A DNA stretch of 64,000 bases from Lingula anatina (Eukaryota; Animalia; Brachiopoda), in contig CM120640.1 of the NCBI GenBank assembly GCA_051362555.1, positions 22,802,225 through 22,866,224 on the forward strand. Direction: 5' to 3'. Below, piece after piece: positions 32,141-45,800 of the stretch. A model generated the notes under the pieces. It searched no databases. It saw nothing but the letters and a program-made list of their open reading frames with translations, and was not told the DNA's origin. The number at the start of each line of letters is the position of its first letter. Within the stretch, counting starts at the first letter, position 1. The position numbers and the translations under genes are program-made.

Positions 32141-34539
32141 AGAGAGAAAATATTTAGGTTGCCTTCCAAAATTACAACTTATTAAATTTATCTGGTATTA
32201 TTTCAACTTGTCTTCAGTTATTTGTCTTTTTGTCATGTATGTTATTCATTCTAACTTAATTTATATTTTTTATGGAGATTGATAGCCCACATGTCCAGGA
32301 AAAAGTAGAATAGTTTTGTTTACTCTGGTAAAATTGGGTGTTCTTTTGTTCCATTTGATTGGTCTGCTGATATAACATCAAAACTCAATTTGATTTTTAT
32401 TACTTAACCTTTATTGAATTAACAATTATGAGTGTAAGTAAAATATATACTGCTATAAGAAGTACAATTTTCATCTCCTAACTTGTTAGAGATCATGACC
32501 CTTCCAAAACTTCATTTTGTTTTTTCTGAACTCCTGGTATTTGCTGAGCCTATGTTACAACTTTATATCTTTTGCTTTTATATCATCTACCAATATTGGT
32601 ACACCATGAAAAGTAATTTCCTTTTAATCTCTATGTATAGTATGATTGTGTAAGATGGATGAATGTTAACATTTACTGAAGTTGTTGAGTACAGCTGGAT
32701 AGCACTGTATCTCATTTTTATGATTAAATAGAAGTTTTAATGGTCTTCTGCTAAAGTAATATTGCCTGTTTTGTAAAGTACAGAAATGTGAGATACATAG
32801 CCAAATGTATTGGAAATAATGTTGTCAGATACAAGGCTTCTAGAAGGATGAAAATCAATACTGTTAGTTTTCTGGATAAATTTGACAGGACAGAATATTA
32901 TTAGTGATGATAACTGACTGGAAATAGATCTAGTGTTTTTAGGAGTAAGTTAAACATATAAGTTGAAGCATAAAATATAATGTTTACTAAATAATGCAAC
33001 AGTTTACAGTACTAATATAAAGGTGTCTTCTAATTATAAGACTTGCAACTAATTTTGAAAATGTACCCGGTAGTATTTTATACAATAAGTAATTGTAATT
33101 TTCCTTAAAATGGTAAATGTTGCTAGAAACTTCAGTAAAAAATTGTAAAATAAAGTGTACATATCTTCTGGAACATTTAAAAAACATATCCTGCTTTCTG
33201 TCTTTTGTATTATCAGAGGATTTTATTGCTAACCATATAAAATAAGCTTCCTGTTCCTTCTAAAAAGTTTTACTTCCAATTCAAATAGGGAAACTAGAAA
33301 CTGTATTAAGACAGATTTTAATGTCTATAATCTTTTAGTATGCTCATAACGAGTAGTATGCAAATTTTATATTCAATCTGCAGTATTGAGACCAATGGGG
33401 TGATTTATTCTTATGAGCCTTGAGTCCTGGCACAATGTATAAAATCAATAATCAATATATTTTGTACCTCTGCACCATTTTCCTTGCAGTGAATATCTTC
33501 CAGCAAGCTTTACTATCATGGTCCAAGTTCTATCTATAGCCTAGATCTATTTATAACACACAGCGTGGCAGGTGTTTTGAAAAGTATTTCCCAAAATCTG
33601 AGGGCAATGTAAAGTACTTGTACTGAGCTTGACTTTATTACACTTAAAGTTGACCCAATTTTAAAAGTTATCACAGCAGTCATTATACGTGTTGCTTTTA
33701 ATCATCTGCAGGTAAGTGAACTGAAGAAAGTTATAGCAGCCATTTTAGCCAAGAGGGGATCATGGGAGAGACTGAGCATGCCCAGTATGCTTTTGAACAA
33801 AGTGTTTCTCAAGTGATCCAATTTAAATTAGACCCAAGTGAGGTAAGGCTCCACTAAAAGTGGAGCATTGACCACACATAATTGTTCTTGTTCTGAGAGT
33901 AACAATTAGGTTCGACTGAGGTAATAGCATTTTGTCTTTCTTTAACTCATTTTTGAGAGGATGGAGTGTCACTGGTTTTTGAACACTGTCCAGGCCTTTA
34001 TTTTCCTCTATCCAAGGAAATGTATGTCTTGTGCTATGTCAATTGTTGGAGTTAGTTTATATGTTTATTGTAATTAAATTTAAAAAAAGTGGCCTGAACC
34101 AAGTAAAAAATATTTGTTTGCAGTTTACAGGTGCCATATGTATATATGTGTATGTGCATGCAAAAATGCCAGCACACAAAACACATCCTGTGTGCCTTAA
34201 TTGTAATCAAATATATAGTTCTGTGGGTGCAATGATGTTTGCACAAAAACAGAAAATATATTTCTGCGTTTCAGAGTTATGAGATGTACTGGTATGTTAT
34301 TGTATTTTTTGTTGCACAATGCCCCTTATGTACTCCTTTCATGTGTATTAGTCTGTTCAAAACTAAACAAGGGGCATTTCACAGTACATTCCTGCTCCTT
34401 ACTACTCCCCTCTAAGAAGAATGCACAGTCTGCTTAAAGAGGTTGCACATTTTATGTAGAAGATTCTGTGGAATGGCTGTTAGAATGAAAGTTATTTTAA
34501 ATTTGTAAATTATCTTAATTTTTTACTTAAATTGTAGCA

Positions 34540-37500
34540 ATGAGTTCTAGATCGAGGCGTAAGCAAAGTCTAGAGCCAATGCTGATTGAAGAACTACCAA
34601 ACAGCAGAACAAGGCGGTCAACACTGGGACCAACAGAGAGTAAAAATGACCAGAAACAGGGCAGCAAGGCAGGGGAACAAACAAGCAACCGTAAGGCAGT
34701 TACCTCCGCTGTAGTTGAGGTAAGATTTTTTTGAGTTATTGAAAATCTTAGGGATCATTCAGAATAAGTTACTAGTATTATGTTGACTAACTAATGTACA
34801 CTAACTCCATGGTAAACACAATCCGATTAACAAACTAACACATTGCCTCTTGTTTCAAATGCATCAGTACACACATAATCGCCCGCTTCTTTGAGTTAGT
34901 GCACATTAGCTAGGTTGAAAGAACTAATTTTGAACTGTCTTTTAGGTTACTATTTTTTGTTTGTCATATTGACAGTAGGCGAGGTAACACAATCACTTTT
35001 TTCTTTCACATCTGAGGTGAGGTAACACAATCAACTTTCTTCAGCAATTGTCTTGGCCAATTTGTTAATCATATATCACTCAAAATAAAGGGTAACAGCA
35101 GGCAAGCACAGAGGTGTAGTTTTTCCATAATGAAATATCAAAATGCATCGAATGAATATTGAAAAACCTGTGTTAAGCCTCAGACAAGCATTTTTTATTA
35201 CATGTAGCTGTTGCAGCTTTCCACCTTGATTTGTTTGTCAACACTATAGATGCCAAACCATATTTTGTTTTCCTTTGGCTTGGAGGCTTTGTTTGGCAGA
35301 AGGGCATACACATATGTGTATAAAGATTTTTTGAGGTTTTTGTGTGATGTTTATACCACCATTAGTGTCAAACCATATTTTTGTTTATACTAGGCAGTTT
35401 TATAAGGCAAAAAGGCAGATTGAGTTAGAAAAATCCTTATATTTATTGTTTTTCTTGGCATGTATTTTTTTGTTTTGTTCACCCTGTAAGTGCTGCAGTT
35501 TGTATAGATCTTTAAATTCACTAGGGAGCTTAATTTAATTTCTGGGAGTAACTTTTTCTTTGTCTTATTTCAATAATATGGTTGCTTTCTTTAAATGAAT
35601 TGAGATATGAAATAAAATGCTGTAGCTGTACACATGCCTTAGGTTGAGAATCGGTGTAAAATACTATAAAAGAGGTTTTTTCGTGGTCTCTATTATAGGG
35701 AGATAAAACAGATTTTTTTTATTAGACTAAATGCTGGAATCTGAAGCAAAGTCTTCATTCACATGACCAAGGTCCTTAGATGTTGGACTGAAATGTCATG
35801 TTTGACTCATTGTATTTAGTCTCAAAGTAAAGAAAAATTCTATTTAGTGTGAAATAGCAAACTCAGTACTATAGAAGAACTTGAGATGTACATTTTTTCA
35901 TGAAGTCTGTACTTGTGAACATTACAAAGTTAGATTAAAAAAAAATCTGCCTGTTTATGTTAAAATGGTGAAATAGGAATGTGTTTTTATCTGTTTACAT
36001 TGTATGCATATTTGTCAGCTTCCTTGTGTAGATATGTAATGGGTTTCATAGGCATATTATGTAAAAACTTGGGAGTCATAATGGAAAATGAAATTGAAAT
36101 CAACAGGTGATTCTTCCTTAACGAGAATGAAAAAACGCACAACAAGTGTTTGGTTTTTGTTTTAATTTACATGGGAAGTTGCATTTTGACTTACCCTATG
36201 ACAACATATACTTAATGTATTAAAAGACTCAATGTACTTTTCTTTTTGAAATGTTATATATAAAAAAAACTTTTAGTGAGACATAAGTGACATGGCCTTA
36301 CATGTAGTTGTACTGGACTCATCCAAGTATAGTAAATTTAAGCCACATACTGACATGATCTAATTTGGCTGAAAAGTTCTAAAGGTTTAACTTCTTTTTT
36401 CACTAAATTAAGTCTTCACCCAGCATCATTACTTGGCTAAAATTATCTTACTATTTGTCAAAAATCATCTTGGAATGAACCCAGTTTTGAATCATGCCAA
36501 GTAATACACTCCAAGAATGGTACGGAGAAACAAAATAGCTCAAACATAGATAAAGGATTTACATAATTTTTTATCTTTATGTGACCAAGCAGTAAATTGT
36601 TCACTTGCCAATAGATTTTTCACAAAAGCACAATACTGGCCTTCACTGTCACAACGAGTTGTCCTCAGTAAGAGTACTTTTTTCTTGTAGGTATGTTTTT
36701 CTCCTCCCCTGGTTATATCTAAACAAAATAGAGCTTTGGTGTCTATGATCTTAAGTGACCATCTACATTTTGCAAAAAAGTTCAAGAAAGCTTATGATTA
36801 CTGAAGGTAGATCAATATGTTAGGATTTATTTCCTTACCAGTTTCAGATAAAACAGAAATAAGCATTGCTGTATTATGATAAAATACAATGGGGTGAATA
36901 TGCTAATTCAAGCTGATGATGTAGTGTTTTTGATATCTCCCTCATCTGAACAGCTATCAACACCATTTTAATACATATTTAATCAAAACTATAAGTGCTA
37001 CAATGTGGTGCCAGGGAATCCTTTTAAATGATTTACTTCTGTTTGCATTATCTCCATTGACAAGTGAAATATTATAAGAACCTGGGTAGGGAGGAACATG
37101 GACCCCTACAAGAGGACATTGTTTTACTTGAAATTTGTGGATGTAGATAAAATGCATGTCAAGATCAAATGTCAGCATAATTGGATTATTCTGTCCAAAG
37201 TTATTGCACATTATGCGACCAAACTATATTTCTGTCTTAGCAAAGACTTTCCAGGATGTTTTCTTGTGGTTGAAATGCTGTTTAACAAACTGAAAGATTG
37301 TATTGTTAAAGAAGATGTTACATTGAGAACATGTTAATTTACCTGTAAATTTTCAGCAATTTGAAGATAAAATGTGTAGAAATCTTTATTTTAGTACAAG
37401 TTGAATCAAATTGGCTGATTATTTTGATATGTACACTGAATAAAGGACATGTTCCCTGAAAAATGGGGTGGTTTTCTTTGAAGTGCAGAATGATATGCAA

Positions 37501-39832
37501 AATCCAACATTTATCCTTATAAAGGCTGTGTTATTTTGTTACTTATTACTGGTCTATTCTAAGGTGTAGTTATTGACAAATGTAGGAAGAACAAATCTTT
37601 AGACTAGGAATTGAAAAGGGGATGTTTATTTTCCAGATAATTAAATGTGAGGTTGGGTAGTGAACAGTATTTCCTGTCGTTTATTTTGCTTTCAAGAAAA
37701 AAAACACTCAAGTATTAATATTTCTTAGTGTAGATCATATTCAGGTGTATGGTTGATAAGTGAAAAGAAAGTTTTACCTTTCATCCTGGCTTTTATATCT
37801 CTAATGCAAATGATATTGTTTTCCGGGGAAGACCTTCTATAAGCTTGTTCAGATAATCATTTTCCTGGTTGCCATGCTAACAGATCATTGCTCAGACAGT
37901 ATTGCATGCAAAAGATGAATATCTCAAGAAATGGCATGGGCACTGTATGTGTTGTGTTTACAGAACTTGTTCTGTATTTATATGAACTTTGGTTTTAGGG
38001 TAATTGAAAAAAGTGGTATAATTGAATAATTTATTTGGTGTGGCTTAAATGATTTATGGAATTTAGACTTGTCTTTTTCACCCACAAATTACTTTATCCC
38101 AAACATCAGTTGTGTGCTGCAGGTAAGATGTGATATTCAGTAAATTGACAATTTAGACAATTCATTCTGCAGAACATGTCATTTTTGAAGTTGGGTTGGT
38201 TGGAGTTAATTTTGTGTTCTAGAGGATACTTTAAAATTAATTCCCATTTATAGCAAAGTATATCTGTCTTCAGAATGATGTCAGTGCACAGACACTCTGC
38301 TCTAAACTCTATGGTATTGATGGAGAATGTTACACTGTGGAACAAGTATGAAGTATTTTCCACTAATTTGACCAACTTTATTGATACAGTATATTAATGA
38401 CCCCTAAGAATAAAATTGAATATTTGCTCTTGTTTTTTTTCTTATTTTGGTCAGATTCCCCTCCAACCAAATTCATTAATTCTATAACTGTCTTAATAAC
38501 AAGTCTCTGATCAGCCACAAATGTCATCCCTTCAGAACAGTGCTTATTGGGTTTCTGTGTGTGCGGCATAATGAGTTCACTGTATATGCTGCGGCAGTCT
38601 CAGAGAGCAAATGAGAAACTTTGTTCACAGAGTATTGATTTTTCTGCAACTTGGTGAGTGTTGTGGAGAACTTTAACTTTGCCATCTGCAGAGTTGAGTG
38701 GAGCCATATTGAAGAGACTGGGGTAAAAAGTAGGTAACTTAACTCTTTTCTATTCATAAGGTGGACATAATGTAACAATATTTACAGTGATGTTTGGAAT
38801 ATGTTTTACTGTGTTGCTAGTTTTGCAGATTGTGAATATCTCAGTCTTGAAAAAGTTATGATAGGCATTATGTTCTAGTACATGTTGTCATTATGAAGTT
38901 GTTTATTATGAATTCATCGATTAACAAATTAGAAAAGTAATTTGTTAATATTGTTCATCTTTAAGTTGATCTAATGCTGGGATGTTAAAAAATGTGGTTT
39001 ATAAGTTTTCCTGATTGAAGTATAAATTATGTCAAACTTTTCCTGGAGTCCTTCCTCTTGATTATGCTGCTTTGAAGCTGCATAGGGAGATCAAGTCTGA
39101 TCAATACCTGTTCACATTGTTCCATATTCCCTTAGCCTGTGCTTGCCATGATTAGCCAAGATAATGGATAGCATGCATTATGAGAGCGATAAAGTTACAT
39201 CTGCCAGCTTAATCCAATTCTCAACTTAATCTAAGAGACCAGGACACAAAGTCAGTGCACCATATGTCTGTTCCATAATTTAGTGACCAGTATAAGCAGA
39301 GTTTTCATAAACTTTTTTTTGGCTTTTGGCATGTGACAGTTAACAGAGAATAGCTGTTTTTTGTTTTTTGATCTTATGTGGTCCAAGGTGATTATGTGAT
39401 GCTTTAAGACTATTACCTGCTGAGCTGAATCTCATGTTTATGCATGGGTTTTCATGATTACTTGGCAGGTGATGCTCTTACTGTTGTTCTATGGGGATTT
39501 CATTTGAATAGAATTTTTTGTTGTTGTTATTAAGGGAGGCAAGGTACTTTTTTCAGAGATAAAAAGTGTTTATTGAACTATTGTAAATTACAGATTTTTT
39601 AAGTGTCTAACAGAATTTTTCATTTTATTCATAGTTGTATTGGCATTAGAAGATAAGATAAAAAACAAAAGCAATATGACAATATTTAGTGAGATTAAAA
39701 TTTATTAAAAGTATCAAGCTCTTTTTCTATTTTTCAGATCTGCCTGATTCTCTTAAATGTGTAAAAAGAAAGTATATATAAATGAGGAATTACTGTTTTA
39801 ATTAATTTCAGAGGAAAGTCACTTTCATTGTG

Positions 39833-39876
<44 letters not shown>

Positions 39877-42800
39877 CATTCAGACATCAAAATATGAGTA
39901 GATAATGATTAGTCTCTTCCTGGACATTAAATTCCAAATATACATCAATGTGTCTTGATCATATTGACCCTGGCTGATGTATAAGATTTCATTCTTTATG
40001 TGTTATGCAGGTTTCTGATCCTCCAACTCGTGCAATAACCAGAAGGTGCACTACTGGTCTTTCTGCCAACTTGATGCAGCCTTCTGTAGAACTGTCCAAA
40101 CTGGAGAAAGCAAAGATGCCAAGAAAGAAAGGTGGGTAGAAACCAAAAATAACTTGATGATATCTCTGAGGAGATTCATACTTTTGTCAAGAACCACATA
40201 TCATTAAATCACCGCCCAAAGATATGAAAAAAGAAGTTTTCTTAAATATTTTTGTTATGCAGATAGTGGATTATTTATGGCTCTGTTTTGAATGTTGCAT
40301 TCGGAAATGTTTAATAGCTGGTAATTTGAATGGTATAGCATTATGATCATCTGGGTCATCCTTAATGTGCTACAAATATTGAAGGGAACTTGTCGTTGAT
40401 GATGGCAACCCTAATTTGACAGCATTTCTTACAATACTGCCACCTGCATTTATATATATAAAGTTTTTATTGTTTGGGCAAATTTAGTGAAGTGTGATGA
40501 TAAGGGTCATTCTCCAGGATTTGATCCCCAAACCTTCAAATTTCAGAAAAGATTCCTATTTACAAAACCCACTTTTTCTGAAAGAAAATGCCACAAAGTA
40601 TCAGAATTCATGATGATTTTTAAGTTTTATTGGCATCGTTATGGAAAAGTTGAGAGCTCATTTTAATTTTTGACATATTTTTTAATATTGTGGTAATTTT
40701 CAATAATAGCACTAAGGACATTATGGATAAGTTATTCGTAGCATTAACCAATATCATTTGATTGAATGTGTTTTATGTGGAAATTGTTGCTAAATTGCTA
40801 TCATTTTGTCCTTCTGAATTTATTTTGATACCCATTTTTTTAAGTTTTCAAGAGTACAAAAGCTTAGAAAACTTACTTAACAAACTGTAAAATAAATTTT
40901 GATAAGACACCATTTTGAAAGGAAACTTAGTATTTCAGAAAGACAACTTAGGAATTTGGTACAACACAAGTAGGATAGATGAGCAGTAGCATCTGTGCCG
41001 TCTTTCAAGATATTAAAAAATATAAAATCTGTAATTGCCATTTTAAATTTGAATGGATGATTTAGAAATAATTATGATTAAGACAATTTGTTAAATATAT
41101 TTGGTCTGGTAAGAATTGTTCTTAATGTCATAATTCCATTTAAATATTGTCAATACAGAAGAAACCTATCAAAGTATAGAATAGTTTGATAATTGCAATC
41201 CCATAATGATCAATCCAAGCAACTTCTTTGATCAGACTACTTCATAGTTGCCTTTAAAATAAGTCTCTGGTTATAAAGTTGAGCTACAACATTATCTGAA
41301 AATTACAGTCATTCAGGTAACTCTTTGATAGTCTGAGATCAGAGCGAATAAAACCTTGATCACAAGGTTGGCTACTTTTATTAGTTTTTGCCTTAGATAA
41401 TGAAGCTAACAAAGTTTTTGCATCAACATTATTGTAAATAATGTTGAACTTTTATCATGTTACTCTCTAAAGTTGCTGTTAGACTGAGAAATTGTAGCGA
41501 AAGACTTCAACATATTTCAAAGAAGCACAGTGATGTGAAAAAGAAAGATAACAAAAGACATTTGGTTTAAGATGTGAGTGGATCTAATTTGAAGGAGAAA
41601 GGTAGAAGGGACAGAAAAAAGGGAAGCTAAAAAGAGAAAAATAGAAATGGAGAATTGTACCCCTGTAAATAAGCACCCCCAATAAAACCAAAACACTAGC
41701 TCTTTTTGTAAAGCCACCGAAGGGTTAAAACCCAACTATGAAATTCTCTTGTCAAGGAGGCCTCCATTATTGCAAAGATATACGCTGAAATGATACCCAG
41801 GAGAATGAAGGTGTTCAATGAACAAACTGATCCCCAAAGTGGGAAGAGAAAAGACTGTGGCATCAATTTAGAATGAAAGGAAAGAGCAGGCAAACTTCCC
41901 CGTCGACTTCCTGAGGAGACTGTAACACACATCCAAAACTTTTATCTGAGGAATGATGTTAACAGCATTTACCCGGTAGGAAGGATGCATAACTGTAAAA
42001 CTACCAAAAGGCAAGGTTAAGAAAAAATGACTATGAACATACAGGAACCAGTACCTGGTATACACAGTTTACAGTTTGGGATGCAAGAAATGTGATAACA
42101 TGATTGCAGTTTCAGTGTGGGTGAAAAAAAAAAAGATGTGACTCTTATGGACAAGTGGACTAGCTCTTTTTGTAAAGCCATTTGCATTGTGAAGTTTTTG
42201 TTATGTTTGGTGCTGGCACAACTTATCATAGTGGGAGCACAAATATCATGAATAAACCCAGTGCACAGTGAATCTTTGCTTGTATTGATCAGAGGTCGGA
42301 AATGATTAATGGAGGAAGAGTGAAAAATGGCAAGTCCCATGGAGACAAGAGCTGAAAAAAGTTTTGAATAGTTTGAGGTCTTATCTTACTGGCAGTGGCT
42401 TATACCTAGTGATCGCCAAATTTGATAATGTCATTTTATGAAATGGCTAAACTTGTTAGGTGTGTATCGGTGCTGTATGTTATCCTTGGTGTGGAGGATA
42501 GAGATGTGGGTTCTGATACCTTTGTTACCAAAGTGGCTTTTAATGAAGTGCTGGTACCTCCTCATAAACTATTTTATTTTCCAGGAAATGTATTTGACAC
42601 AAAGGTATACTGTGTAGTTTTAAGTCTAGTATAGATATTTTAATAGTGGTACTAATGGCAATTCCATCAAAGTGAAACTAAGTTTTTTGTGAGTAATTGT
42701 CTATAAATAGCTACAGATTTTTCATTAAGTGGCGACACAAATGGTAGGAATGGTAAAAATATAGTAGTACATATTTGGAAATGTTAAAATGGACTAGCAC

Positions 42801-45800
42801 ATATTTAGAAACCTTTGAATAAAACTATCATTGCACATGTTTCTGGTGTATTGCAATAACCATCAGCTCTCACTCAACAAAGTTGTTAATGTGCTGCTAT
42901 AGGAGCATTGGGTGATATATTATCAATTAACACATCAAAATCATGTAGAATCCTATAAAACTTCCTCAGACCTGGAAGTTGTTGCCAACACTTACAGTCG
43001 TACCTAACAAAGGTCTCATATTCCATGAACTGTTAATGTGTAAAAAGCTCCCTTGACTTAATATGCCAGCATGCATATATGGCATGCAAGTATGTTTAGA
43101 GCTTGAGTAGAGTCATACTTTGGTTTGGATGGTAGCACAAAGGTTTTTTTTTTTTTTTGTTGATATATTTTTGGTGCCATATACTAGTACATTGATTACT
43201 GTATTTAGATTAATGTCAAAACTTGTATAGACAACTAAAATTTTGATCTGAAACCAGTCTGTGTGAACAGCATTTTTGTTTTCACAATTTTATATCAGTG
43301 TTAACATGGACTAGTTGTCCAGTATTTGTATGCAAGCATCCCAAAATCAATAGGGTCTGTCAAAGTTTTACTCCTGTCTCTAAGCTCAGAGTGCTTATTA
43401 AGTTATCCATGTATTGTCAGATTGACAGCTGTGAAGTTGGCAGAAAGGCAGAAGAAGTAGAACCAAATCATTTTAAATGCAGGAGCTGTGATAGAGGTTT
43501 CACTGGCAACTTACAAGATATAAAACTACTTGGATACCATTGTTAGTGATAATAATTTTCATATGAATCTCTGTGAACTGTGGTACTCTGAATTTAAGCA
43601 TATATTGGGATACCAGTAGTTTTTAAAGGAGATGTACAAGTGTTTGGTTATGAAGGGACTGACTTAAATAGAAAGTTTTGAATACCTTGAATTCTTGAGA
43701 TTGATTTGTATAGGTAAAGGAAGTACTGCACAGCAGGTTTACAGGTAAAGTTGTTTATGGATGTGTATTTTAGTATTGAATCCTCTCCCGTGGAACCGTG
43801 AAAACTGGCATTGAATTTGACTTTATTATTTATATTTGTAATACAACAGGAATGTATCTGTGAGGTAAGGCTTTACTGTTGTTAAAGTTAGACAAAGAGG
43901 CTACCTTGAATCACGGAATCAAAGCTTGATGCTGGTGTGTAAGATGCACCATTGAACTGCAAACATATGTCTGCACAAAGCCTGCATTGCTGGTGGTTTT
44001 TGAGGATGGAGTCATCATGGTTTGCCTGTATGCCATTGTACATGCAGAAAGTTTGTAAAAATCAATAGTATGGTAGAGTAGGGCTAATAACACTAAGTTT
44101 TGCAGTCACTGCTGCGCTGTATGGTGGGAGAGATAATTACAAGTGACAGAACAAACTGATGATATAAAGCTTTCTTTGGCATAATGAGTTTTCATAGAAA
44201 GTATTAGTATAATAGCAGTGGAGAAAAACACATTTTAGCAGAAGTCACCAATGTAATTTTATTATTACTCAGAGAGGTTTGGATTCAATAATATGCTGGC
44301 CATATTTCTTGCCTGTTGAGGAGGAAAGTTCTTTCATAGACTAAAACTGATAAGTTAACTCCCATGAAGAGAAGGAAATGACTTCGGAAGTCTGTGTATT
44401 TGTAAGTAGAGCTGACAGTGAGGAGAGAAAAGGAGACAAATGATAACTTGGAATATATCAAATCTCACTTGGGCTGTTGTTTGTGATAAATTATGATGAA
44501 GATCAAGATACACTTCTTGGGGTTTGTATTGCATGTTCAAGACCATGTTTTTGTACGTGGTGATATATCAGAATATTTTAAATGAAAATTTCATCTTAGT
44601 GACCATGTTTCTTGTAATAATATTGATTGGCAAGGATATGTGTAAACATAGACTACAGGTGCAAAAATCATGATGGAACAAAAGCTGTTTTGCATGAAGT
44701 AATATTTGTCACTTTTACACATTACCTTTCATTATTATTACCAGTACCAGACTCATGTAGGTCAAACATACTTTATATCAAATAGAACAATCTGATTTCC
44801 ATAACTTAAACATGATATGTGCATGCTAATATTACATTTCTGTTTAAGCCACATAACTTGATACAGTATTTTATCATTACCCAGAGTATTTCCTTTATTC
44901 ATAGATATTTAATAGTGTTTTCTTTTTGTACAAGTTATGCCCAAGATTAATAAAGGTTTCCAAGAAAAACTGTTGTTTGATATAAAGCAAGATTTGCCTT
45001 TGAGATAATAGCACCTTGTGCATGTGTTGCTGGTATTCATTTGCCTGATTAATGTCTTTGTTCTGTTTTCTTGCTACAGACACACCTGAGATGCCCACCA
45101 GTACAAGTTCTACAAAGGTAAGATAATCACTTGGTTTCTGAGGGTGATAATGAAAGTTAAGACCAATGTGGAAATAATGATTTTGTTGCTTTTTATATGT
45201 ATCAAATGTCTACATACCGGTGGTTGGACTGAAAAAGTCTTACTTTCACACTTTAAATTCAGTGAAGCAAAATTTACACAAATTTAAATTTGATTAGGTT
45301 AAATTATCACTTCTTTGTGGAAAGAAAAAGAGGAGCTGTTTGTTTTGTTGGCTAGTTTTTTAAAATTGCATATGCACATATTGGTATTGTGATGTTCCTG
45401 AACTTTGTAGGTCACAGATGGTTAGTTATAAATGATTTAATAGTTCAGCATGAGCAGTTGTTTTTGTGGTGGCAGGTTGTAGGTGTTTAAATTTTGCCCT
45501 CTACTCCACTGTATTAGAGATCAAACCCTTTGGATGCTGTTTTGCAGAACTCCCAATTTTATTCTTTAAAACCCAGACAACTTTTTGTGAAGAAAAATTC
45601 TCGATTTTGTTGTGGAAACTTGATACATTATTACGTTTAGTATATTGATATTATCACCTGATTTTTCATTAAAAAGTTTGTCTTTTCTTTCTTGATTGAT
45701 CCTAGTCTTGGTATTTATAAGACAAGGGTATTTTATTAGAATGTGAAGATACTGCAATTTTCTTTTTAATGCACATTATTTTCACATTTTGGTTTTGTGT

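Noticed and set aside
34977-35040. Short duplication GAGGTAACACAATCA x2, and similar 13-16-bp duplications at ~20333 and ~27255
   Set aside because: Consistent with ordinary slippage.
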